Source: Octopus sinensis
Taxonomy: Eukaryota
Direction: 5' to 3'
DNA length: 64,000 nucleotides
NCBI RefSeq assembly: GCF_006345805.1
Contig: NC_043000.1
Location: 12,896,001-12,960,000, forward strand
Shown in pieces: positions 13,676 through 26,049 of the stretch. Position 1 is the first letter of the stretch, and each line of letters starts with the position of its first letter. Made by a program: the position numbers and the translations under genes. The notes beneath the pieces are model-generated. The model was not told the origin of the DNA, ran no database searches, and saw only the letters and a program-made list of their open reading frames with translations.

Positions 13676-14051
13676 GTGGAAGCACTCCGTCGGTTACGAC
13701 GATGAGGGTTCCAGTTGATCCGAATCAACGGAACAGCCTGCTCGTGAAATTAACGTGTAAGTGGCTGAACACTCCACAGACACGTGTACCCTTAACGTAG
13801 TTCTCGGGGATATTCAGCGTGACACAGAGAGTGACAAGGCCGGCCCTTTGAAATAAAGGTACAACAGACAACAGGAAGTAAGAGTAAGAGAAAGTTGTGG
13901 TGAAGGAGTACAGCACGGGAGGGCTCACCACCCACCCCCTGCCGGAGCCTCGTGGAGCTTTAGGTGTTTTCGCTCAATAAACACTCACAATCGAAACCGC
14001 GATCCTACGACCGCGAGTCCGCTGCACTAACCACTGGGCCATTGCGCCTCC
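13676..14051 (-). mobile_element. SINE family D
   Basis: Near-identical to 5816-6199. Confidence 0.85.
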
Positions 14052-14501
14052 GCTTTCTTTTTAATACCATCCAAGGGTAATATGAATGCATAAACTATCA
14101 CTCCTTTGCTTAGGTAGGTTTCCTGAGTGGTCATGTAGAAGGAGTTGTGGATGGTGGCGATGTGATGGTAGTGTAAGGGTCTGATTTGGAAAATAATAAC
14201 GAGGTGATTTTAACATTGTGGGTCGTTGAAAAGTTTAATATATTGGCTTGTCGGTTGGGATCGTTTACTCTCTGTACTCTCTCTCTTTTACTTGTTTCAG
14301 TCATTTGACTGCGGCCATGCTGGAGCACCGCCTTTAGTCGAATCAAATCGACCCCGGGACTTATTCTTTGGAATCCGAGTAGTACTACTCTATCGGTCTC
14401 TTTTGCCGAAACAGCTAAGTACGGGGACGTAAACACACAAGCATCGGTTGTCAAGCGATGTTCGGGGGACAAAACAAGACACACAAACATATACACATAT
14501 A

Positions 14502-14601
14502 NNNNNNNNNNNNNNNNNNNNNNNNNNNNNNNNNNNNNNNNNNNNNNNNNNNNNNNNNNNNNNNNNNNNNNNNNNNNNNNNNNNNNNNNNNNNNNNNNNN
14601 N
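14502..14601. other. Assembly gap (100 N)
   Basis: Run of N between a SINE half and a (TA)n tract. Confidence 1.
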
Positions 14602-14614
14602 GGAATATAATAAA

Positions 14615-14663
<49 letters not shown>

Positions 14664-14715
14664 CGTATATGTATGTATGTATGTATGTATGTATTGTATA
14701 TATAATATATATATC

Positions 14716-14760
<45 letters not shown>

Positions 14761-14789
14761 CAGCAGCAAAGCAACAAATAACGATAGAA

Positions 14790-15860
14790 CCGAATACTTT
14801 GCAAAAAGAAGCCTATATAACATTGAAAAACCACAAAGCCAACTTAATGAACAATCTTCAATGCAGGCTAATGAATCCTACCAAAGAAGAATTAGGAAAA
14901 ATAAGTCGTAAATTCTTGGCAAAAAGAACTAAAAAATCCGACAAGTAACTGTAGTCAAGCAATGGAATAATGCCACCAATGCCATCGAATAACAGCAAAT
15001 AACAAAAAGTTCTTCAGGCTCACACTTCTTGAAACCGTCGATTTCTACGTATCCACTACAAAGCCTAAACTGCTTAAATCACAAAACTTCGTCAAAAGAC
15101 TCACCTAAAATCAGAGAAATAAGTATTTTTCCATGACAACGCAGCCCGGGTAGAAAAAGAAGAGGACGACCTCATTGATGCCACCGTGGTGTCCTACGAT
15201 GGAGCAGAAACATGTAAACGTGTAGGACTATACAGCATAGACCATATAAGCGAAATATCCCCCAAGACCAGAATAGCCCTATACAGAAACAAGGTTTACC
15301 CGTATACCAAAACATGGACAGACACAAGATGGACAAATTTAGAAAAGATCTAATAAAGGCATTTAAAGAGCTAGACCTAAAAATATCGGTATAAGAACCC
15401 TACTGAGACTAAACTATCTTCATGTACGCTGAGTGAGACAACTGGAAAAACACTACACCTACAGAAAGCCCAATGAGAAACCGTCATACATAAATATAAA
15501 TTCTAACCACCTACCATCCATAGTGAAAGAAAAGTTCGTTAGCTACTTCAACAAAAGGATCTCAAATATTTCATCTAAAAGGATATCTTCCACTGAGTAG
15601 CATCATTCTACAACGAAGCCCTAAAATCAAGTGGATTTAAGGAGGAGCTTCAATCCGTCGGTAAAACAACCCAAACACACCAAAGGAGAAAGTCGGGAAA
15701 AGAAACATTATCTGCTTCAATCCGCCCTTTAGCATTAATGTAGCAACCAGCGTAGCACGCGACTTATGAGCACTAATCAGCAAGCACTTTCCCACTAAAC
15801 ACAAGTACCACAAATTATTCAACAAAAATAATATAAAAGTCAGCTATAGCTGTATAAAAG
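14790..15860 (+). pseudogene. Penelope-like element reverse transcriptase relic (Naiad-type motifs)
   Basis: Frameshifted fragments AYITLKNHKANLMNNLQCRLMNP, SYDGAETC..VGLY, YRKPNEKPSYININSNH, RKRNIICFNPPFSINVAT, KLFNKNNIKVSYSC in the expected order, next to a (TA)n tract. Confidence 0.85.
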
Positions 15861-16380
15861 GCACCACACAATTACTAAACAACAATACACCGAACAAAGA
15901 TGCAACCTCACAAAATCTAGAGTATGTTCATTGTGGCACCACTAGCGACATCTTCAAAGAAAAATGCACTCACCTTGCACATACATTTCGAACCTTACAC
16001 AAAAGGATTGCTAAATTTCAGTCAAACACTTATGTATGTATGTATGTATGTATGTATGTATGTATGTATGTATGTATGTATGTATGTATGTTAATGGAAT
16101 GCTAAAAATAGAATATCATATAAAACAATGGGAAACTATAGGTGATCCAGCAGTGCTCTCGAGCCCACTGAAGACGTACAGATACACAGCTATTGTTGGA
16201 GCATATTAACGCAATAATATTGTATTATTATACAATATTATTGCGTAGTGTACAAAATATGTGATAACATGAATGATGCGGCCCTCCTGATGCAGGAGAA
16301 AATTCCAACTTGGCCCAATCAAAGAACCCCACAGATTCTGATCCCAAATGTACGAGCCCTCTCTCCTGCTCTCCAATCTA

Positions 16381-17769
16381 TTGGGTTGTCCGGAAAATTC
16401 GTGCCGATTTTTAAAGGAAAGCAAAAAGGTCAATAAATACTTAGCATTACATTTTTAATCGACCAAATATGAACCATTTTTTTGCACAATGCGTCTCCAT
16501 CTTTCCTTTAACTTGAAAATACTTTCTTCCCAGCATTGAGGTGGTTTCATGGCAAAGAATTCATCAAGGTATCTTTTTACGTCATCCAAGGAATTGAAAT
16601 TTTTACCATTAAGACTATTCTGCAGAGACCTGAATTAGTGGAAACCTGAAGGCGCAATATCTGGCAATATCTGGGTGGGGTAACACATCCCAGCCGAGCT
16701 GCAGCAATTTTTGTCTGGTTCCCAAAGAAACGTGCGGTCTTGCATTATCATGTTGGAAAGCAATACCCTTCCTGTTGGCCAATTCTGGACGTTTCTCTTG
16801 AATTGCTGCCACCCTTAGCCACCCCAAAAGCGGGTCTTCACCCTAAAACGTCTTGCTTTGTGTCTGGTGGGATTGGAAAGGAATTCTGTACTATGAGCTT
16901 CTCCCAAGTAACCAGACAATTAATTCTGAGAAATACTGCACGAGTTGTGTGCAGTATTTCTCAGAATTAATTGTCTGGTTACTTGGGAGAAGCTCATAGT
17001 ACAGAATTCCTTTCCAATCCCACCAGACACAAAGCAAGACTTTTAGGGTGAAGACCCGCTTTTGGGGTGGCTAAGGGTGGCTCATGTCGCTTACTCCAGG
17101 ATCGCTTTCTCTGAACGTTTCGCTAGATAATCCATTTCTCATCACCCGTCACAATTTGCTTTAAAAAAGGCGCGTTTTCGTTCCGTTTATAAAGCGAATC
17201 ACAGATGGAAATGCGATCAAAAAGATTCTTCTCACTCAACTCATGTAGTACCCAAACATCGTTGTGATTTTACCCAAGCTTTACAAGGTGCTCATGAACG
17301 ACGGATTTTGATAGGTTGAGGCTTTCTGCCAATTCTTGGGTTGTGCAATGTGGGTTATTCTCAATTAATGACTTGATTTGTTCATCATCTGTAGTGGATG
17401 GTCTATCTGATCACTCTTTATCAATAAGGCTACAATTTCCAGCTCGGAACCTTGCGAACCACTTCCGTACAGTTCTTTCGGATAAAGAAACATCACCGTA
17501 AACTGCGCATATTTCTTTGGTTGCTTGTGAGGCATTTTTCCCTTTACGGAAAAAGAAAATCATCAAGTGCCGAAAATGAACTTTCTTATCTTCCATTTTA
17601 ACGTGTTACAGAATTAACACAAGTTATAGGAACATAAACCTTTTACCACGAAAAGATTGTGCTCTAAATGGAGGTGTAGTCAAATCCTATTTTATGGACT
17701 CAACCATGTTCTAAAATAAGTTGAAAGGTAAGCTGTTATAAATCGGCACGAACTTTCCGGACAACCCAA
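16381..17769 (-). mobile_element. Full-length degenerate mariner (D,D34D) transposon, mellifera-subfamily-like
   Basis: TIRs TTGGGTTGTCCGGAAA/TTTCCGGACAACCCAA with TA TSD. Broken transposase from ATG 17596: MEDKKVHFRHLMIFFFRKGKNASQA..., VTGDEKW, HPK-VLLCVWWD, HDNARPH, PDIAPSDF-like. Contains stops, frameshifts and an internal inverted duplication. Confidence 0.93.
16808..17081. repeat. Near-perfect palindrome (134/133-bp arms, 7-nt spacer) within the mariner
   Basis: 16808-16941 is the reverse complement of 16949-17081 except for one indel. Confidence 0.95.
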
Positions 17770-18484
17770 TACAACCGCATACGATTCTTTCTACTTCAGA
17801 TATATGCTCTGAAATTTAGTATGTGGGGGCTAGCCGATTACATCGACCCTAGTACTCAACAGGTATTTATTACATCGACCCTAGTACTCAACAGGCGAGC
17901 TGGCAGAAACGTTAGCACGCCGGGCGAAATGCATAGCGGTATTTCGTCTGCGTTACGTTGTGAGTTCAAATTCCGCCGAGGTCGACTTTACCTTTCATCC
18001 TTTCGGGGTCGATAAGTTAAGTACCAGTTACGCACTGGGGTCGATGTAATCGACTTAATACCTATGTCTGTCCTTGTTTGTCCCCTCTGTGTTTAGCCCC
18101 TTGTGGGTAATAAAGAAATATGTATTTATTTTATCGATCCCGAAAGGATAAAAGGCAAAGTCGACCTCGGTGGCATTTGAACTCAGAACGTAAAGAATCG
18201 GAAGAAATGCCGCTAAGCATTTTGTCCGACGCGTTAATGATTCTATCAGCTTGCAGCTTTATGATTTCCGATTTAGGAATAAATGGCCAACAAATTTGAG
18301 AGGAGGAGTTAAGTCGAGGCACACGGTTCCAGGACTTGTCTGATACTTTTATCAAGCAACAAAAGACAAGATGGACTTCAGCGAAATTTTGAATTCAGAA
18401 TGTGAAGGGCTGAAACATAGCATTTCCCCCCCGATGATCAAGCAATACTGTCAATGCACTGTGTAGTTGAGTGAACTACTACTA

Positions 18485-18520
<36 letters not shown>

Positions 18521-18551
18521 TACTACTACTACTACTACTACTACTACTAAC

Positions 18552-18597
<46 letters not shown>

Positions 18598-19237
18598 GTA
18601 TGCACAAACCACAAAGAAATATTTGCTGCAGATAACACTTGAAAGTCGGCCTTGATGTGAGAAGCCGCCACGCACACGTACACACACACACACACGTACA
18701 CACATGTACACACGCGCTTCCACACACACGTACACACACGTACACACACACACACAAACACGTGAATACGTACGCACACGTTCGCAGACGCAAGCATACA
18801 CACAACCGCACTTACATGGAAAACTTATGACATGAGAGAAACACTTGGGAGCAAAAATGATTGCCAGACCGGGTGAACGGCCTCTGAACAATGACAAGAC
18901 GTAACAACAATTTTTTTCCCGATGCATCTTGTCAGAAGGGAATAATAATCCAGAGATTGCCGCAATTTTTAATAACAGTGTTGCACAATGATTTGTGTTG
19001 AGGGTGGGGTGGGGGGTTAACTACCGATCGTTGGATCGTGAGTTCGATTCTCTGATCGGGTGGCGCGCGTTGTGTTCCTGAGCATAGCATTTCAGTTTCA
19101 CGTTGCCTCATCCTGCATTTGGTTTTACATGGATGCTAGAAACAGCTGGCAGAATGCCAGAAACACCGAGATTGGCATCTTTCGTTTGAGAATTTTGTAC
19201 TATTTTCCGTCGTCGAACCTCCACAGAAATCCAATTA

Positions 19238-19750
19238 CCGTAAATCCTCGAGTATAATCCGCATTTTTTTTCCAAAAATTTAAAGGTCAAAATCCCTAGT
19301 GCGTACTATATACGAGGTTAAAAATGAAAAATATTTTCTAAGCACTGTCCGAGTCTCTATTTTCTGTCCGGCAATGTTTATTAAGATGCATTTTGTGATG
19401 TCGGGGGCGAAAATACCTTAAGCTAAGCCTGAAAGCAATGAAGTCATAAAAGAATCATCCATAACTAGCAGTAAGCAACATTTACTAAACGTTATTCCTG
19501 TTATTTCTTTATTTTCTGCAAGCAAAATGCACAAAAAAGCTACACATTTGCATTATGTTATATGTCCAATAATAATAAAGGACGTTACCGTATACATTTT
19601 TACAAACCAAGGGCGTTATATAGACCTCCTTGACTCAAGTTAGAGAAGGAGTGCGTATTATACACAAGGTTTATATTTTTCAGCGGTACAGCTCACTAAA
19701 AATCCCCTGCGTATTATACTCAAGGGCGGACTATACTCTAGGATTTACGG
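19238..19750. mobile_element. TA-flanked Tc1/mariner-type (pogo-like) MITE, copy 1
   Basis: TIR CCGTAAATCCTCGAGTATA/TATACTCTAGGATTTACGG with TA TSD; nearly identical to 51139-51653. Confidence 0.85.
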
Positions 19751-20112
19751 TAAGCTCAGGTCTAAATGGTCTTGTAAATTCCTGACAGACTTTAACAGCT
19801 ACGAAAAATAATTGTTTTAGTTTTTTTTCAAAATCTATCCCAAGTTGGTGCAGTTAAGAGTTTGATCTGTAGGCTGGTGTCTGTATGTCGCTGGTTGCAG
19901 TTTGGTGTGTGTAAATTGATACACTTTTGTATGTGTCAGACTGCGTGCGTGCTGTGGTCACGCTGGAGGCACGGCCAATACAGTTGCTACATTTTTACTA
20001 GACCTCATTCCGTGGACAAACTTTGGTGAATGTGAGAATTTGTTGCGACCACCTTCAGTTGTGTTTCTTTGCTGGAATCTCAGATATGTTCATACATCTC
20101 TTGAAAACACCC

Positions 20113-20508
20113 GTGTGGTAAGTAGCTTGTTTACCAACCACATGGTTCCGGGTTCAGTCCCACTGCGTGGCACCTTGGGCAAGTGTCTTCTACTATAGCC
20201 TCGGGCCGACCAAAGCCTTGTGAGTGGATTTGGTAGACGGAAACTGAAAGAAGCCCGTCGTATATATGTATATATATATATATGTGTGTGTGTGTTTGTG
20301 TGTCTGTGTTTGTCCCCCTAGCATTGCTTGACAACCGATACTGGTGTATTTATGTCCCCGTTACTTAGCGGTTCGGCAAAAGAGACCGATAGAATAAGTA
20401 CTGGGCTTACAAAAGAATAAGTCCCGGGGTCGAGTTGCTCGATTGAAGGCGGTGCTCCAGCATGGCCGCAGTCAAATGACTGAAACAAGTAAAAGAGTAA
20501 AAGAGTAA
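20113..20508 (+). mobile_element. SINE family A
   Basis: Same consensus as 7225-7635. Confidence 0.88.
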
Positions 20509-21487
20509 CCCACACCATATTAAGCTGAGAAAATATTGAAACACTGTAGGCCTTTGAAATCTAAACTATTGCAGTATCTGGCCCTAACTCAAGATGGCGA
20601 AGTTAGGATATTTGGCACTGTGCAATGACGTCTTGGCCAGGTATGTTTGTAGCCACTTATGCCAGTTTGATGTCAAACCTTCGAAGTTCTATACGATGTC
20701 AATCCTTTGAAGATGTATATCTTTCCCGTTTTCGCTCTAGAAAAGCGTGATCAAGGAGGGAAAGTTGCAGTCGGGGGAAGGGGTTTGGAGAATGTGATTA
20801 GTACAAAATTTTACAAGCACACACACGTAGATACACACATGCGCGCGCACACACACAAACACACACACACACAATCACACATATTCGCCTGGCTTTTCCT
20901 TTCTGTGAACCAAACCAATTCACAAAACATGACCCGTGGTTACAGTAGAAGAGATTTGCCTAAAGTATTGTGGAGTAGGATTGAACCCCATACCATGCGG
21001 TTCGGAAGCACGCTTCTTAACCACATAACCATGTCTACAGCTATCACAACTTTTTAAAATTAAAATGTTTCACTGATGACCATGTGGTCAATCATACAAC
21101 CCTATGACCAACCACTCTCTCTACATCTCTCGTTTTTCTTTACCGACAGCATATACATAGCAAGCAACACATGTGTCAAATATCTACTGATCACAAAATA
21201 TAACCAAATAAAAAGCAACAAATAGGCGGCTAGCTGGCAGAATCGTTAGCACGCCGGGCGAAATGCCAAGCGGTATTTCGTCTGCCGTTAGGTTGTGAGT
21301 TAAAATTCCGCCGAGGTCGACTTTGCCTTTCATCCTTTCGGGGTCGATAAATTAAGTACCAGTTACGCACTGGGGTCGATGTAATCGACTTAATACCTAT
21401 GTCTGTCCTTGTTTGTCCCCTCTGTGTTTAGCCCCTTGTGGGTAATAAAGAAATAGGTATTTCGTCGGGCTTCTTTATACTATAGGC

Positions 21488-21646
21488 TTAGGAGTGGTTG
21501 TGTGGTGAATAGCCTGCTTACTAACCACATGGTTCCGGGTTCAGTCCCACTGCGTTGTAACTTGGGCAAGTGTCTTCGATTATAGCCTCGGGCCGACCAA
21601 AACCTTGTGAGTGGATTTGGTAGACGGTAACTGAAAGAAGCCCGTC

Positions 21647-21716
<70 letters not shown>

Positions 21717-21952
21717 TGTGTGTGTGTGTATGTTTGTGTGTCTGTGTTTGTCCCCGCCCCCAGCATCGCCTGACAACCGATGCTGGTGTGTTTACGTCCC
21801 CGTAACTTAGCGGTTCGGCAAAAGGAGACCGATAGAATAAGTACTAGGCTTACAAAGAATAAGTCCTGCGGGGGTCGATTTGCTCGACTAAAGGCGGTGC
21901 TCCAGCATGGCCGCAGCCACATGACTGAAACAAGTAAAAGAGTTAAAAGAGT
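21488..21952 (+). mobile_element. SINE family A
   Basis: Same consensus as 7225-7635. Confidence 0.88.
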
Positions 21953-22182
21953 AATCATAGTAATTCAGACGATTTGTTGTTCTCCAGTACGAATTCATTA
22001 GTCAGAAGATGTCTCTGGCTTCGAATAGCTGAAAAATCACAAGTGCACAGGAATTGGCAGCTACAAGGCTAAAATGTTGTCCTAAACGTTTTTCTTTCTT
22101 ATGAAGCCATTCCATGGGATATCGACTGGTAAGGTTTTTTTTTTTTTTGAATGATCCAAGATATTTACCTAGGTTACAAGCC

Positions 22183-22225
22183 ATGTTGTTCTTCCACTTT
22201 CTGGGTTGCAGCATACTGTGTAAAG
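22183..22225 (+). CDS. Candidate (unproven) first coding exon of the metallopeptidase, signal peptide
   Basis: gccATG TTG TTC...AAA G|gtgccg, phase 1. Joined to 37632 it gives MLFFHFLGCSILCKGVQA, a plausible signal peptide. The donor is weak and the intron would be 15 kb. Confidence 0.25.
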
Positions 22226-22534
22226 GTGCCGTTTTGTTACTCAGTGCCATATTCTTATATTCTTTTACTCTTTTATTCTTTTACTTGTTTCAGTCATTTG
22301 ACTGCGGCCATGCTGGAGCACCGCCTCAAGTCGAGCAAATCGACCCCCGCAGGACTTATTCTTTGTAAGCCTAGTACTTATTCAATCGGTCTCTTGGCCC
22401 GAACTGCTAAGTTACGGGGACGTAAGCACACCAGCATGGGTTGTCAAGGGATTTTTGTGGGATAAACACACGCACACACGCACACACACACACACACTCA
22501 CGCACACACACACACACGCACACACGCACACACG

Positions 22535-22608
<74 letters not shown>

Positions 22609-22717
22609 CACACACACACCGACATGATATATCTGAAGATAAATACAACGATTTTACACGCAAACTTTACGTACATTAATAAATCTCCGAACGAGATATA
22701 AACAGTAACCGCTCGAC

Positions 22718-23076
22718 AACGTAAAGTGTACTAGCCATCTGAATGTGGCTAGCCACTGGGGGTGGGGCTTTCAGACAGTTTTTCTAAATCAGTGACTGTG
22801 GTTGCTGGGAAAAACGTTAAATATTATTTGCAAAGGTCTCCTTCATCGAAAACCGGTGTTTACCATGCGTTGACGAGAGGCAAAAACCTTGAAACTATAG
22901 TCCGTATGTATCACTTAGGTTTTCGAGGGAGGATGACCTCCCTTTGCAAATAACACAAGGGCACTGAAATTGTGTCTAAGGCCAGCTGGAGACGTCGATC
23001 TCCTGGGGCTAAAAGCGTCAGTAACACCCCACCCCCAGTGGCTAGCCACATTCAGATGGCTAGTACACTTTACGTT
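22718..23076. repeat. 50-bp perfect inverted repeats flanking a hammerhead-containing segment
   Basis: 22718-22767 equals the reverse complement of 23027-23076. Confidence 0.9.
22864..22908 (+). ncRNA. Minimal type-I hammerhead ribozyme motif (C3 to U variant)
   Basis: CATGCG-TTGACGA-GAGG caaaaa CCTT-GAAA-C TATA G T-C-CGTATG: 6-bp stem I (one GU), 4-bp stem II, palindromic ACTATAGT stem III, GUC triplet at 22900-22902. Confidence 0.7.
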
Positions 23077-23930
23077 TTACGTACATCATTATACTATTAA
23101 TAGAACAAACAATTAAGAACTTATCTCTATATTACAACAATAAAATCGATATGAACGGCAACAATTCAGGGAAATATAACACCGAATGTTGAATTGTAAT
23201 CGTTATAATTATTCAAGCAAAGTGGGTGAGGATCGCTCACCTTATCTTCATTTTATTTTATTTTATTTTATTTTATTTTATTTTATTTTATTTTATTTTA
23301 TTTTATTTTATTTTATTTTATTTTATTCTTTTCAGTCACTGGACTGCGACCGTGCTGGGATACTGCCTTGAAAAGTTATAGTCGAACAAATTGCCCTCAG
23401 TACATTTTTTTTTTTTATAGTTTGGTGGTGATGGTTGTGGGGGAATATATATTCTATTTGTTTCTTTGACTGAACCGCGAAGTTACGGGGATGTAAACAA
23501 ACCAACACCGGTTGTCAAAATCAGTGGGGTAGGAAGAAAGTCAAAGAAATATACATACACACTCAAACACACACACACACACACAACCGCACACACATAC
23601 ATACACACATAAATATGTGTCAATATATCTCTTATTATAAAAGGCAGATTTTATCTGCCTCCCTTTGGGAGTTATACAAATCTACAATATAGGATTTCTT
23701 CAATTACAATTTACCTAGCATTTTTAAGAGTACAATGCATCGCGTCATGCCAGGTCCAGTTTTTAAAATTTAAACTCCAATTAAGCAAAATTTACAGAAA
23801 ACTCACATTCTGGTGTGTGTGTCAAATGCTTTTCTTAGTCTGGTTTACACCACACGCAAACGCACACACACAGTGGGCAATGAATAAACTGAAACTAATT
23901 CACTGTGTGTTGACAGGTAGAAAATAGAAT

Positions 23931-24001
23931 GCGATGGCGATGGCTATGGCGATGGCTATGGCGATGGCTATGGCGATGGCGATGGCTATGGCGATGGCGA
24001 T
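23931..24001. repeat. (GGCGAT/GGCTAT)n hexamer repeat
   Basis: Directly visible inside the composite Helitron. Confidence 0.95.
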
Positions 24002-24406
24002 GTAATATTTGTTTCTCTCTATGACGCTCATAAAAGCATTGATGTACATGTGTGCGTGCGTGAGTGTGTGTGTCATTCCTCACACACACGCATACACATA
24101 CATATATGAGAGTGGCAAACACAAACGTTTCAAACAACTACATACAAACACGTGTGTGTTTGTTATTAGTAAAAAAAAGGCGCCAAAACACAACTCACTT
24201 ATCATTCCAACACATTTGCAAAGACACACGGACGGTCGAATAACAATACAGAAAAGGTAAATTGGTTTTTATTTTACTCTGTATATATTTTATTATATAA
24301 TATTATATATAGATATATGTATATATAATTGCAGTATGAAACAGTGTTTATGTATAAACAGACGACACTTATATATAGTTATTAATAAATGTATGCATCC
24401 GTTTAA

Positions 24407-25229
24407 CCCTTTCGTTACCAAACCGCCCGAAAAAAAATTTGGTTAATGTGACCAAGCCGCCCGAATTTACCTATTCATATTTAAATGAGAATATCAGAAT
24501 AAATCTCTTTAGAACATTCGTGAAAACACGTATTATACTTCGTAAACAGTTCAACTACAGTTTTGTACAAAAATCGAAGTGTAATTTTAATTCCGTGAAT
24601 TATGGGAGATTTTTTTTCCGAAATTTGTTCCTATTGTGTTTTCAAAATTTGTAATTCTGACAAAAAATGGATACGAATTTCATTATATCAAGCAGCGAGT
24701 CAGAATTCGAAGGATTTTCTACTGAAGACCTTCATAAATCTAACTCTATGACTGAAAAAAAAAAGCATGTGTGGTATTTGATCTCAACCTAAACAAAGCG
24801 AAAGAAACGATAGTTTGTTATTTCCCACAACCTTAAATGAAATTAAGGCCTATTTTGCCAAAATATTATTATGGGTATTAGAAAGTTACCCAGATAACAA
24901 ATTCTATCGTAAAATTTTGTTGTATACCCAATTGAATATTAGCTAATAACCCATTTTCTATAGCGATGTTTGAACAAAATTTTAATAATTTTATATATTG
25001 TTGAATTTACCTGTATCTACCTGTAATTAGAGTCACTTTGTGACAAAAATTATAGTATAGAATTGGTTGAGAACATTTCACTAAATTATCTTCCAAAAAT
25101 CAGATTAATATATTCATAATAAAAAAGTTATAGTTGTTTAATGAAACCAGACTAAATTTATGATTACGTTAGAAATTAATTGAAACACATAAGGGGTGTA
25201 TTTTGGTCAGAAATATAGTAACGAAAGGG
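24407..25229 (+). mobile_element. piggyBac-like MITE
   Basis: TTAA at 24403-24406 and 25230-25233; TIR CCCTTTCGTTAC/GTAACGAAAGGG. Confidence 0.85.
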
Positions 25230-26014
25230 TTAAGAAAAACCAAAAAATATTTTATTCTTTGTAAATGTTGTGTTCAGAATAACATTTTCTTTTAAGAATG
25301 TGTATATAACAAAGTATGTGTATATAACTACGTGGCTTATATCTTTATATATAAGAGTGAAGTTGTGTGTCTGTCTCCTACGATTTAGATTCGTAACTAC
25401 TCCCACATTTTGCGGTGTAGTTTAACCAAAAGCGGGTATCTTATAGTCGTGATTCATATCGAGCCCTTCTGGGTATTAGCGCGCGTCTACGATGAGTCTA
25501 CGATTTAAAAAAAATTTACCATCATATTTTTCCATTTTAATGCATATTTTTCGTTATTATATAAGGGAAGTAACTCTCTAAAAATATCTACGATGTGTCA
25601 ACGATTTAAAAAAAAAATTACCTTAATTTTTTTTCAATTTTTAATGCATTTTTTTGCTATTTTTTGGCTATAACTCTCTAAAAATGCTTATATAGTTATT
25701 TCCCTTACAAACCCGAGCAACGCCGGGCGATACTGCTAGTATATATATATATATATATATATTTACACATATTTATGTGTGTGTGTATATATATATATAT
25801 ACATACATACACGGAGCAGGAGTGGCTGTGTGGTAAGTAGCGTGCTTACCAATCACATGGTTCCGGGAACCTTGGGCAAGTGTCTTCTACTATAGCTTCG
25901 GGCAGACCAAAGCCTTGTGAGTGGATTTAGTAGACGGAAACTGAAAGAAGCCAGACGTATATATATAAGCTATCTCTACTCATGTTTTCAAACACACACA
26001 CACCACACACACAC

Positions 26015-26049
<35 letters not shown>

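Larger units (their letters stand above)
23628..25739 (+). mobile_element. Composite non-autonomous Helitron containing a full piggyBac-like MITE and a nested shorter Helitron 5' end (~25342)
   Basis: A|TCTCTTATTATAAAAGG at 23627-23628; hairpin and CTAG|T at 25736-25740. Confidence 0.75.

Noticed and set aside
16168-16195. CTGAAGA-cGTA caga TAC downstream of the PLE RT relic
   Set aside because: No GAAA; too degenerate.
20594-20640. ATG exon MAKLGYLALCNDVLA with a strong GTATGT donor as first peptidase exon
   Set aside because: It ends in phase 2, whereas the next exon needs phase 1; the phase-1 frame gives only MTSWP.
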